From Chrysemys picta bellii (Eukaryota): DNA of 64,000 nucleotides. Shown here piece after piece: positions 34,288 through 44,474 of this stretch. A program made the position numbers and the translations under genes. The DNA lies in assembly GCF_011386835.1 (NCBI RefSeq), contig NC_088812.1, forward strand, positions 3,782,001-3,846,000, written 5' to 3'. Position 1 is the first letter of the stretch, and every line of letters begins with the position of its first letter. The notes under the pieces are model-generated. The model saw nothing but the letters and a program-made list of their open reading frames with translations, did not search any database and was not told the origin of the DNA.

Positions 34288-34607
34288 CTACTGCACCCCG
34301 TGGACGGCGCTTCCTGCAGTAAGTGACTGGGGAGCAGTAAAACGAAGGGGGATTGACGGGGACCAGGCACGCTGAAGAGTGGGAGAGAGACGGTTATTAC
34401 CCCTGGGAGTGTGTGACCAGCGAGAAGGACTTTTGCAGTAACAGGGTCCCCCGGGGGGATCGCAGCGAGTGGTCCCAGGGGCGGAGGAGTCTGCAGCTCG
34501 ACCCTGGCAGAGAGGTGGTGACCTCGAGAAGGGCTGGCACACTAGGGGACCCCCTGGGAACTGTGGGGAGCTGTGAGCACACAGGCCGGTGAGTGGCCAG
34601 CAGGAAG

Positions 34608-36581
34608 ATGTATGCCAAGCGGCTTAAGAGCGACCTGGTGGAGCTGTGCAAGCAGAGGCGGCTGCGCATTGGGAGGCTCACCAAAGAACAGCTCATTGCC
34701 CAGCTGGAGGCGGGAGATCGCGCGAATGAACTGATCCCTGTGTCTCAGGGAAGCAGCCTGGCAAATGCAGCGCAGGCACCAGTGTCTGTCCCAGCTGGGA
34801 GTGGTCAGCCCGCTGCTGAGGGCTTCCCGAGACCCCTCCTTCCTATGCCTAGGGGAAGGGTGGGGAGGAGCCCAGCAAATACCGAAGGCGCCGTGACCCC
34901 CCCGGCCAGCAGGGGGTCCCCCCGGCGAAGCTCGCCGGCCAGCAGAGGATCCTCCCGGCGACGTTCGGCATCCGGGGAGCGGAATTGGCTGGAATGGGAG
35001 AAAGAGCTAAAACTGAGGGAGCTGGAGGATCGTGAACAACAGAGACAGCATGAAGAGAGACAGCGTCAGCATGAACGGGAGGAGAAAGAGAGACAGCGTC
35101 AGCATGACCTGGAACTGGCGAGATTGAAGGGCAGCGAGCCCCCGGCTGCGGTGAGTGAGGGGGGACCCAGGACTGCACGGAGCTTTGATAAGTGCATCAT
35201 GGCCCCATACAAGGAGGGGGAGGACATGGATGACTTCCTGGAGGCCTTTGAGACGGCCTGCGAGCTGCACCGGGTTGATCCCGCGGACAGACTCCGGGTC
35301 CTTACCCCCTTACTGGACCCCAAATCCGTGGCATTGTACCGCCAACTGGGAGAGGCAGAGAAAGGGGACTACGAACTATTCAAAAAGGCCCTGCTACGAG
35401 AGTTTGGGCTGACTCCTGAGATGTACCGGGAAAGGTTCCGGAGTCAGGATAAAACCCCTGAGATCTCATATCTGCAACTAGCCGCCCGCATGGAAAGATA
35501 CGCCAGCAAGTGGGCTGGTGGGGCCCAGACGAAGGAGGACCTGATTAAACTGCTGGTACTGGAGCAACTGTATGAGCGGTGCCCATCCGACCTGAGGCTG
35601 TGGTTGGTGGACAGAAAGCCAGAGAACCCGCGACACGCCGGGCAGCTGGCTGATGAGTTTGTAAAGAGCCGGTCAGGGGGTGGCAGGGAGGAGCCCCAAA
35701 GGAACAGGCCCGCCGCGATGCAGAGAGAGAGTCACCCTGGGACCTCCCAAAGGGGGAATATTGGGAATCCCCTCCCCCGGGAAATGCCCAGCATCAGGGA
35801 CAACCGACCGGCTCGAGGGGACCCACGGGACCTGAGCTGCTATTACTGCGGCCGAAGAGGCCACGTTCGGGCCCAGTGCCCCAAGCTCAAGGACAGACTG
35901 AGCAGACCGAACCCGCACCGGGTTAACTTGGTAGAGGCCCAGACGGACGAGGGGCAGGCTTCTCACGCAAGAGGGGCTGGCAGCTTATCAACTGCTCAAG
36001 AAAGAGAAGGGCCCCAGGCCAGCTTCTCTGGGGGGCCAGATGCTCCGGATTCAAAGTTCTCCGTTTACAGGGTTGGCGCGGGGCTGTCCCTGCGGAGCGA
36101 GTGCCTTGTTCCCCTGGAGGTGGATGGGAAGAAAGTTTATGGATACTGGGACACGGGCGCAGAGGTGACACTGGCCCGGCCCGAGGTGGTGGCCCCAGAT
36201 CGGGTGGTGCCCAACACCTTCCTGACCCTGACCGGGGTGGGCGGGACCCCATTCAAGGTTCCCGTAGCGAGGGTACACCTGAAATGGGGGGCCAAGGAGG
36301 GCCCCAAGGACGTGGGAGTGCACCACCATTTGCCCACTGAGGTGTTGATGGGGGGGGACCTAGAGGACTGGCCAAGCAACCCCCAGACCGCCTTAGTTGT
36401 GACCCGCAGTCAGAGCCGGCGAGGGGCACTGCGCCCTGGCCTTGGGGGGGGTGCCTTGCCTGAGGCGCAGGACCCTAACCTGGTGGGGGAGGGAACGCCC
36501 AGGGACACGGCTCAGGGAGGCTGCAGCTTCGGACCCAGCGGGCGAGAAAGAGCAGGTGGCCATCCCTGTCCCAGCTGCTGA
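34608..36581 (+). CDS. Retrotransposon Gag-protease polyprotein: SAP-like N-terminus, coiled coil, SCAN-like capsid, CCHC knuckle, aspartic protease
   Basis: Uninterrupted ORF; CYYCGRRGHVRAQC at 35838-35879; YWDTGAEVTL (DTG 36150-36158); FLEAFE...LTPEMYRERFR...LVLEQL...LRLWL...AGQLADEF. Confidence 0.9.
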   Translation: MYAKRLKSDLVELCKQRRLRIGRLTKEQLIAQLEAGDRANELIPVSQGSSLANAAQAPVSVPAGSGQPAAEGFPRPLLPMPRGRVGRSPANTEGAVTPPASRGSPRRSSPASRGSSRRRSASGERNWLEWEKELKLRELEDREQQRQHEERQRQHEREEKERQRQHDLELARLKGSEPPAAVSEGGPRTARSFDKCIMAPYKEGEDMDDFLEAFETACELHRVDPADRLRVLTPLLDPKSVALYRQLGEAEKGDYELFKKALLREFGLTPEMYRERFRSQDKTPEISYLQLAARMERYASKWAGGAQTKEDLIKLLVLEQLYERCPSDLRLWLVDRKPENPRHAGQLADEFVKSRSGGGREEPQRNRPAAMQRESHPGTSQRGNIGNPLPREMPSIRDNRPARGDPRDLSCYYCGRRGHVRAQCPKLKDRLSRPNPHRVNLVEAQTDEGQASHARGAGSLSTAQEREGPQASFSGGPDAPDSKFSVYRVGAGLSLRSECLVPLEVDGKKVYGYWDTGAEVTLARPEVVAPDRVVPNTFLTLTGVGGTPFKVPVARVHLKWGAKEGPKDVGVHHHLPTEVLMGGDLEDWPSNPQTALVVTRSQSRRGALRPGLGGGALPEAQDPNLVGEGTPRDTAQGGCSFGPSGRERAGGHPCPSC

Positions 36582-37015
36582 GTTCCAGGCCGAGTTACAG
36601 AGAGATCCCTCCTTGCGGAAGATAAGGGACCTGGCCGACCTCAATGCGGTACAGACCATGGGACGAGGTGGCCGGAAAAGGTTCCTGTGGGAGAAGGGGT
36701 TCCTGTACCGAGAATGGGCTCCCCCAGGGAAAATGGAGTCAGGGGGGATCAGGAGGCAGCTGGTGGTACCCCAGAAGTATCGCCGCCAGCTGCTGTGCCG
36801 GGCCCATGACATTCCTCTCTCAGGGCACCAGGGAACCTGGCGTACCCAGCAGAGGCTGCTACGGAGCTTTTACTGGCCTGGGGTCTTTGTTACTGTCCGA
36901 CAGTACTGCCGATCCTGTGACCCCTGTCAGAGGGGGAGGAAGGCCTGGGACAAGGGGGAAAACAGCTTTAGGACCCTTGCCCAGCATAGAGGAGCCTTTC
37001 CGGAGGGTGGCCAAG
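36490..37015 (+). pseudogene. Frameshifted, truncated integrase N-terminal region
   Basis: AHDIPLSGHQG...FYWPG...CRSCDPCQR (HHCC), then PLPSIEEPFRRVA in another frame; ends before the first catalytic Asp. Confidence 0.85.
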
Positions 37016-37343
37016 GTAAAAAGGGCGGCTCTGAACCAAGAGAGCACAAAGCACAGACCTCCAGACTGGAGCGCTGGGAGAAGACCACAGCCCAGTTGGA
37101 GCCCCAGAGGTATGGGGGTGGGAAAAGGGCACAGGCCGCATAAACCTTCCCACATGCGAACTGCGAGTGCCATCAAGCACCCCAACCTAAGGGGGGGCGT
37201 GAAACTGGAGGGGCCTGGTGTAATTCTCACCAAGGAATGGGAGGGATGCGGGGGCATCCATGGGAACGGGGGATAGGTTCGAACTTCCCCGGGGCACTGG
37301 CTAAAGTTGACCCTGCTCAGTTCGGTCTCGAAGGGGGGAGAGA

Positions 37344-37821
37344 TGTGACGAACTGGGCCTGTTCTCACTGTGGTCTGTGGATGCTGACAGGGGAGTGTGC
37401 TGGGATAGTCTGCATTGGAGGATGGATCGGCCCGGGGGCGCATTCCTGGGAGTGTAACATGAGAACCCAGGAAGGGGTTGAAGGCCAGGTGACTCCTTAG
37501 CCCGGGAAACTGAACAAAGGCTGTGGGAGGGGTCGCTGAAGGCAGTGTGCTGGAAGCGGGCTGGAGAGATGGCTGGGAGACAGAGATGGCTCTGACCCCC
37601 CCCCAAAGGGGGGGCGGGCTGGGATGCCCTGGGACCCCAAGCTGGACTTAACTGAGGGGGTCCTGTTGTCTGTGCCTGCAAGACCTGTCTTGGCAAGACC
37701 TGTCTTGGACTGTATTCCTGTCATCCAAATAAACCTTCTGCTTTACTGGCTGGCTGAGAGTCATGGTGAATCCCAGGAAGCCGGGGGTGCAGGGCCCTGA
37801 GTCCCCCTATACTCCGTGACA
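37344..37821 (+). repeat. 3' LTR (478 bp)
   Basis: By eye identical to the 5' LTR except two 1-nt G-run differences and a 15-bp tandem duplication. Confidence 0.95.
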
Positions 37822-38190
37822 GGGGGGCTGGGTGGGAAGGGATGGATAAAGGGGGGTGGGGGTGGGCGGGTGCCTGTGGGGAGGGATAGATGGGGGGGCT
37901 GGGGGGGGTGGATGGGAAAGGATGGATAAAGAGGAGTGTGGGGGCGGGCGGGTGCCCGTGGGGAGGGACAGATAGGGTAGGTGGGTGGGAAGGGATGGAT
38001 AGAGGGGCATGGGCAGGCGGGTGCCTGTGGAGAGGGATAGATGGGGGGGGGTTGGGGGGGGTGGATGGGAAAGGATGGATAAAGGGGAGTGTGGGGGCGG
38101 GTGGGTGCCCGTGGGGAGGGACGGATAGGGTGGGTAGGTGGGAAGGGATGGATAGAGGGGGGCATGGGGCTGGCGGGTGCCCGTGGGGAG
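37822..38190. repeat. G-rich minisatellite, right part
   Basis: Same units as 32440-33804. Confidence 0.88.
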
Positions 38191-39869
38191 AGACGATCGA
38201 TCAGGCGGAGGGCAGACGGGTTCTGCAGCAGGCTGGCACAGGGCTGTGCCCTGGGTTTCTCCAGGTGGGTATCTTCGGCCCGCGGTGCCTCCCTGGCACC
38301 AGGCCAGGCTCCCTGCCCCTCGCTGGGGGGCGCCCGGCTGCATAGGGCCGGGTCCATTGGCTGTGAATCGCGGGAGCTCCTGGGTGCATGATCCCCAGTT
38401 TATTCAATGCCCACTGGGGACCTGTCCCCCCGGGATCCGCTCCCAGCCCAGAGGGTGGGGCTGAGGGGCTGCGCGCCTGTGGGTCCATTATCCTTTAAAC
38501 GCTTGGCTACCCCTGGCCTGGATCCACGGGGCTGCTCCAGGCTGGGCGTTTGGGGGTGACTCCCTTATGGGGCAGCCCCCCTCCAGCCCCACGTAACTCC
38601 AGAACCGGGCCTGGGGACCAGCTGCCCCATCTCTCGCGGTGGCTCCCTGCAGCGAAGGCCAGGCAGCCAGCCCCCTGCATGCCCTCCAGGAGCCGGCTCC
38701 CACCAGAGCCCGCTCGCAGCCTCGGCCGGGCCCCAGGGTGGCCCTGAGGGGTGGCGTGGGGCAGCCTGGCCATGCCAGAGCATGTACCCAGCAGAGCTGC
38801 AGTGGGCACCATCCTGGCTCTGCCCTTTGTCCGGCCAAGCCCTGGGCTCCAGGGGGCAGCGCTTAACCCCCGGCCTGACCCCTTTCTTCTGGGGCCGGGG
38901 CTGGGTTGCTGGGTGTTAACTGGGGTCCGGGGGGCTCCCCTTGGCTGTTTGGAGTCTCCAGCTGGTGCTTGAACGAGCCCCTGGGTCCACCCCAGCCAGC
39001 CCCGGGTGCCTGCTCTGGGCCAAGAGCAGATTTAACCCTTTCACATCCGCTGGGGAGCAAGGCTACATCTGGAGGGAAACTGAGGCACATACGGGGGTCA
39101 TAAAAATATTCCTGAAAATTCCCATTTCGCCACAACCCCACAGGCAGCTTCGTTAGCGTCTCACAGCTGCGCTTCCAGGCTGCGTCTGGGATCGGGGCCC
39201 CCTTCGGGCCTGGTGCTGCACAGACCCCGCCTGGGATCAGGCCCCCCCTCGGGCCAGGCGCTGTCGGGACCCACTGAGAGACCGTCCCTGCCCAGAGCTG
39301 ACAATCTAAATAAACATTCTCCCCATTGGACAGGTGGGGAAACTGAGGCACGGAGGGATGCCACCATGGGCGCCTGCGCAGGGACTCAGCATCTCAGATC
39401 CAGATCAAATGGCTCCTTTGAACTGTAAATACCCCCCCTTTGGAATCTGTAACACTGCCTGGGGGGAATCAGGCCATGAGGAACCCCCCCAACCCTCCCC
39501 ACACAAAGCCCCCGCCCCCCATCTCACCACTAGCTTCCTGCCCTCAATCCCTGCAGTTGCCTAGCAACCAGCCAGCCTTATTCCCCCCCCCCCGCCGCTG
39601 TTAAGGGGGAGTCCCTAATATCCCTTGGTGATCCCGGCTCCCACCAACCCCAGTGTGACCCCTGCAGTGACAAGGGGGGGCATCAGCCGCCCGGCTCGGA
39701 AAGGGTTAAGGGGCAGGCCCCGGCGGGGAAAATTGAGTGGGAGCCCCTGGGGGGGGGGGCGGTAAGTAGCAGGAGAGAGGGAAGCGTCCTGGGAACGACT
39801 GAAATGGGTCCTCCCCACCCCTGGGAGCACAGAGTGTCCCTGGCCCCCACCCATCCCGCCTCCAACCAC

Positions 39870-40390
39870 TACTCCGCACAGCTTCTCCCAAAGCTGGGGA
39901 TAGAACCCAGGAGTCCTGACCCCCCCACTCCGCTCAGAGCTGGGGATAGAACCCAGGAGTCCTGACCCGCCTCCCCGCTCAGAGCTGGGGATAGAACCCA
40001 GGAGTCCGGATTTCCCCCCCCCCCCCCAGCCTCTCCCAGAGCTGGGGATAGAATCCAGGAGTCCTGACCCGCCTCCCTGCTCAGAGCTGGGGATAGAACC
40101 CAGGAGTCCTGACCCCCCCACTCCGCTCAGAGCTGGGGATAGAACCCAGGAGTCCTGACCCGCCTCCCCGCTCAGAGCTGGGGATAGAACCCAGGAGTCC
40201 GGATCCCCCTCCCCCCAACCTCTAGCCCCCACAGCCTCTCCCAGAGCTGGGGATAGAACCCAGGAATCCTGATCCCCCTCCCCCCACCCCCACAGCCTCT
40301 CCCAGAGCTGGGGATAGAACCCAGGAGTCCTGACCCCCCCCCCCACCTCAGAGCTGAGGATAGAACCCAGGAGGCCTGAGCTGGGGATAG
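39870..40390. repeat. Tandem SINE-derived unit (CAGAGCTGGGGATAGAACCCAGGAGTCCTGACCC)
   Basis: About 11 copies. Confidence 0.88.
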
Positions 40391-40459
40391 ACCCCAAACC
40401 CAAGCTGGACAAAGTCCCTAGTGGCTGATGTTTTAACCTTATAACACAAGGAGCCCGTG

Positions 40460-41500
40460 TGTATGTTTGTGCGCATGTGCGTGTTTGTGTGTGTGCGTAA
40501 TAATACATGTGTGTGATTATATGCTGGGCTGTATGTGCATGCCTGTGCCTGAGTGTGTTGTGTGCATGCAGGGATGTGCCTGGATTCGGGGTGGGGGATG
40601 GGTGTATGCAGGGAGGCACATGTTTTTGTGCGTGTATGCATGTGTGTATTCGTGTGTGTGCAGGGATGTGCATGTACTAGTATTCTGTCACTGCATTTGT
40701 GTGTATATTCACATGTGCATGTAGGGATGTGCCTGTATTCGGGGGGCTGCATGCAGGAATGTACATATGTTTGTGCATGTGTGTATTTGTGTGTCTATAG
40801 GGATGTGCCTGTATTTGGGGGGGGAGCTACATACAGGAATGTATACATTTGTTTGTGCATGCGTGTAGTCGTGTGTGTCCAGGGATGCGCCTGCATTCAG
40901 GGGGGGAAGTACATGCAGGAATGTACGTGTGTTTGTGCATGCGTGTAGTTGTGTGTGTGCAGGGATGTGCCTGTATTCGGGGGGGGGTGCATGCAGGAAT
41001 GTACGTGTGTGTGCATGCGTGTAGTCATGTGTGTGCAGGGATGTGCCTATATTTGGGGGGGAGAGGTAGATGCAGGAATGTACATGAGTGTGTGCATGTG
41101 TGTAGTCATGTGTGTGCAGGGATGTGCCTGTATTCGGGGGGGACGTACATGCAGGAATGTACGTGTGTGTGTAGGGATGTGCCTGTATTTGGGGGGGGGG
41201 TGCATGCAGGAATGTACGTGTGTGTGCATGCGTGTAGTCATGTGTGTGCAGGGATGTGCCTATATTTGGGGGGGAGAGGTAGATGCAGGAATGTACATGT
41301 GTGTGTGCATGTGTGTAGTCGTGTGTGTGCAGGGATGTGCCTGTATTCAGGGGGGACGTACATGCAGGAATGTACATGTGTGTGCATGCGTGTAGTCATA
41401 GTCATGTGTGTGCAGGGATCTGCCTATATTCGGGGGGGACGTACATGCAGGAATGTACGTGTGTGTGCATGCGTGTAGTCGTGTGTGTGCAGGGATGCGC
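40460..41500. repeat. GT-rich minisatellite (GTGTGTGCAGGGATGTGCCTGTATTCGGGGGG...ATGCAGGAATGTAC)
   Basis: Tandem units with (GT)n interruptions. Confidence 0.88.
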
Positions 41501-41999
41501 CTGTACCAGCGTGTCCGTGGCTGCAGGCGTGTATTCCTAGCTTGTGCGTGTGTTGGGGGTGGGGCTGGGGGCGTTGAGCGCGACGCTCCGTCACCACCCC
41601 CCACGATCACGCTATTCAGCTGGTTCAAAGAGGCCCAGGGCTTGATGTAAACACCCCGGTCCAGCCCGGCGCCGCTCCGGCGCCTTATCTCTGGCCAACA
41701 CACCGTGTTTGTTTCAGCCGGTCCCTCCCCATGTTCTTGCTGTGACCGATCTCACCTGCGTCACGGGGGGGCCGGGGTTTGGAGCCTGTCTCTGATTGAA
41801 TGCGGGACAGTTTGTTTTTCACAGTAAAAAGCGGGGCCGGGGGTGTTAGGGAAAGCTAACCTCAGCTCTGCCACAGAGTCCCCAGTGACCTCATGGCCTG
41901 GCTCTGTGCCTCGGTTTCCCCGTCCGTACAATGGGGATAATGAACCTCATTTTGTCTGGCTTGTGAGTTTAGACCGGGAGTGCTTGGGGCAAGGACCGT

Positions 42000-42725
42000 C
42001 TCACTGGGTCTGTGCAGTGCCCGGCACGAGGGGGCCCCGATCCTGGTCGGGGTCTGGGTAGCGCCGGGCAAAAGGGGGCCCCCGATCTCGGTCAGGGTAT
42101 GCGCAGCGCCTGGCACGAGGGGGGCCCCGATCTCGGTCGGGGTATGCGCAGCGTCTGGCACGAGGGGGGCCCCGATCTCGGTCGGGGTATGCGCAGCGTC
42201 TGGCACGAGGGGGGCCCCTGATCTCGGTCGGGGTATGCGCAGCGCCTGGCACGAGGGGGGCCCCTGATCTCGGTCGGGGTATGCGCAGCGCCTGGCACGA
42301 GGGGGGCCCCTGATCTCGGTCGGGGTATGCGCAGCGCCTGGCACGAGGGGGGCCCCTGATCTCGGTCGGGGTATGCGCAGCGTCTGGCACGAGGGGGGCC
42401 CCTGATCTCGGTCGGGGTATGCGCAGCGTCTGGCACGAGGGGGGCCCAATCTCGGTCGGGGTATGCACAGCGCCTGGCACGAGGGGGGCCCCGATCTCGG
42501 TCGGGGTATGCGCAGCGTCTGGCACGAGGGGGGCCCCGATCTCGGTCGGGGTATGCGCAGCACCTGGCACGAGGGGGGCCCCTGATCTCGGTCGGGGTAT
42601 GCGCAGCGCCTGGCACGAGGAGGGCCCCGATCTCGGTCGGGGTATGCGCAGCGCCTGGCACGAGGGGGGCCCCGATCTCGGTCGGGGTATGCGCAGCGCT
42701 GGAACAAGGGGGGCCCCGATCTGGG
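42000..42725. repeat. 46-47-bp tandem array (~14 units)
   Basis: GGCACGAGGGGGGCCCCTGATCTCGGTCGGGGTATGCGCAGCGCCT. Confidence 0.93.
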
Positions 42726-43169
42726 TTGGCGCCTCTAGGGCTCTTGCAATGCACCAAACCAGCAATCCCAATGTGCCGGCATCACAACGCCCTGTTTTAT
42801 CTGCTGTCCGGTCCCAACGTCCCCTGGGAGGGTTTGATTATCTTGCTGCTGCGGGGAAGGGACCTGCCCTCCTTCCAGCCAGACGGTTGGGGAATGGAGG
42901 CGGGGGGAGGCTAAACCCCCTTTAACACCCTCTTTCCAGCACCCGCTGTGTCTGGGGTGCATCCCCCCCCGATTGGCCCAGGTCCTGCGACTTGGGGCCT
43001 GAGTGTCCCTGTGTGCGGCATGGGGAGGGGGCCAGCTGCCATCTCCCGCTCGATCCCCCCGCTGCAAAGCGCAGGATCGGCCCTGCTAGAGCCCACGGGG
43101 GACGGGGGGATTCACTGCCTCGTCTGATCAACTCCCCAGCTGTGCATCCTGGGTGATGGGGATCCGCTC

Positions 43170-44265
43170 CCCTCTGGATCCCACTGGCCACAGATCCACA
43201 GCCCCCCATTGGATCCCACCAGGCAGAACCCCCTGGATCCCACGGGGCAGTGATCCGCTCCCCCTGGATCCCACTGGGCAGTGATCCGCTCCCCCCTGCA
43301 TCTCACAGGGCAGTGATCCGCTCCCCAAGGCACCGGAGGGGGCAGTGATCCGCTCCCCCTGGATCCCACGGGGCAGTGATCCGCTCCCCAAGGCACCAGA
43401 GGGGGCAGTGATCCGCTCCCAGGCACCGGAGGGGGCAGTGATCCGCTCCCCCCTGCATCCCACGGGGCAATGATCCGCTCCCCCCTGGATCCCACGGGGC
43501 AGTGATCTGCTCCCCCCTGGATCCCACGGGGCAGTGATCCGCTCCCCAAGGCACCAGAGGGGGCAGTGATCCGCTCCCCCCTGCATCCCACGGGGCAGTG
43601 ATCTGCTCCCCCCTGGATCCCACGGGGCAGTGATCTGCTCCCCCCTGGATCCCACGGGGCAGTGATCCGCTCCCCAAGGCACCGGAGGGGGCAGTGATCT
43701 GCTCCCCCTGGATCCCATGGGGCAGTGATCTGCTCCCCCCAGGATCCCACGGGGCAGTGATCCGCTCCCCCCTGGATCCCACGGGGCAGTGATCTGCTCC
43801 CCAAGGCACCGGAGGGGGCAGTGATCCACTCCCCCCTGGATCCCACGGGGCAGTGATCCGCTCCCCAAGGCACCGGAGGGGGCAGTGATCCACTCCCCAG
43901 GCACCGGAGGGGGCAGTGATCCGCTCCCCCCTGCATCCCACGGGGCAGTGATCTGCTCCCCCCTGGATCCCACGGGGCAGTGATCCACTCCCCAAGGCAC
44001 CGGAGGGGGCAGTGATCCGCTCCCCCTGGATCCCATGGGGCAGTGATCCGCTCCCCCCAGGATCCCACGGGGCAGTGATCCGCTCCCCCCTGGATCCCAC
44101 GGGGCAGTGATCTGCTCCCCAAGGCACCGGAGGGGGCAGTGATCCGCTCCCCCCTGCATCCCACGGGGCAGTGATCCGCTCCCCAAGGCACCGGAGCAGG
44201 CAGTGATCCGCCCCCCCCCGGATCCCACGGGGCAGTGATCCGCTCCCCAAGGCACCGGAGGGGGC
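43170..44265. repeat. 31-34-bp VNTR with two interleaved unit types, abutting the EPOR promoter
   Basis: GGGGCAGTGATCCGCTCCCCCTGGATCCCAC and GGGCAGTGATCCGCTCCCCAAGGCACCGGAGG. Confidence 0.92.
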
Positions 44266-44359
44266 ATTGGTGGAGACATGGGGGCGTCTCTACCGCTCCT
44301 GGCTCCTCTCCAATTCCCTGCCCTGCTCCTCAGCCTCTCCTTGCAGCAGCCCCAGCCCA

Positions 44360-44395
44360 GCCCTTATCTGTCCCCTCCCAGCCTGCCCGCCCCGC
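44360..44395 (+). promoter_or_regulatory. EPOR: EPOR core promoter: inverted GATA site plus GC box
   Basis: TTATCT 44364-44369 and GCCCGCCCC 44385-44393, about 100 nt before the ATG; same arrangement as the mammalian EPOR promoter. Confidence 0.7.
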
Positions 44396-44474
44396 GGAGC
44401 GCAACCACAACCTGCAGCCAGAGAGCCCTGCCAGGCCAGACTTCTCATCGCTCCGGTCCTCCCTGCCCCGAGCC

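Larger units (their letters stand above)
33805..37821 (+). mobile_element. Gmr1-like Ty3/Gypsy LTR retrotransposon, internally deleted (no RT/RNase H/integrase core)
   Basis: TG...CA LTRs 33805-34267 and 37344-37821; PBS 34270-34287; PPT 37331-37343; Gag-PR ORF followed directly by an integrase HHCC region; G-run flanks consistent with a 5-bp TSD. Confidence 0.93.

Noticed and set aside
42000-44265. CRISPR-like appearance of regular 31-47-bp repeats
   Set aside because: Units are directly adjacent with no unique spacers, there are no cas genes, and the context is vertebrate.
43320-44265. CTCF-like ACCGGAGGGGGCAG in the EPOR-upstream VNTR
   Set aside because: Three mismatches to the core consensus; within chance for GC-rich DNA.
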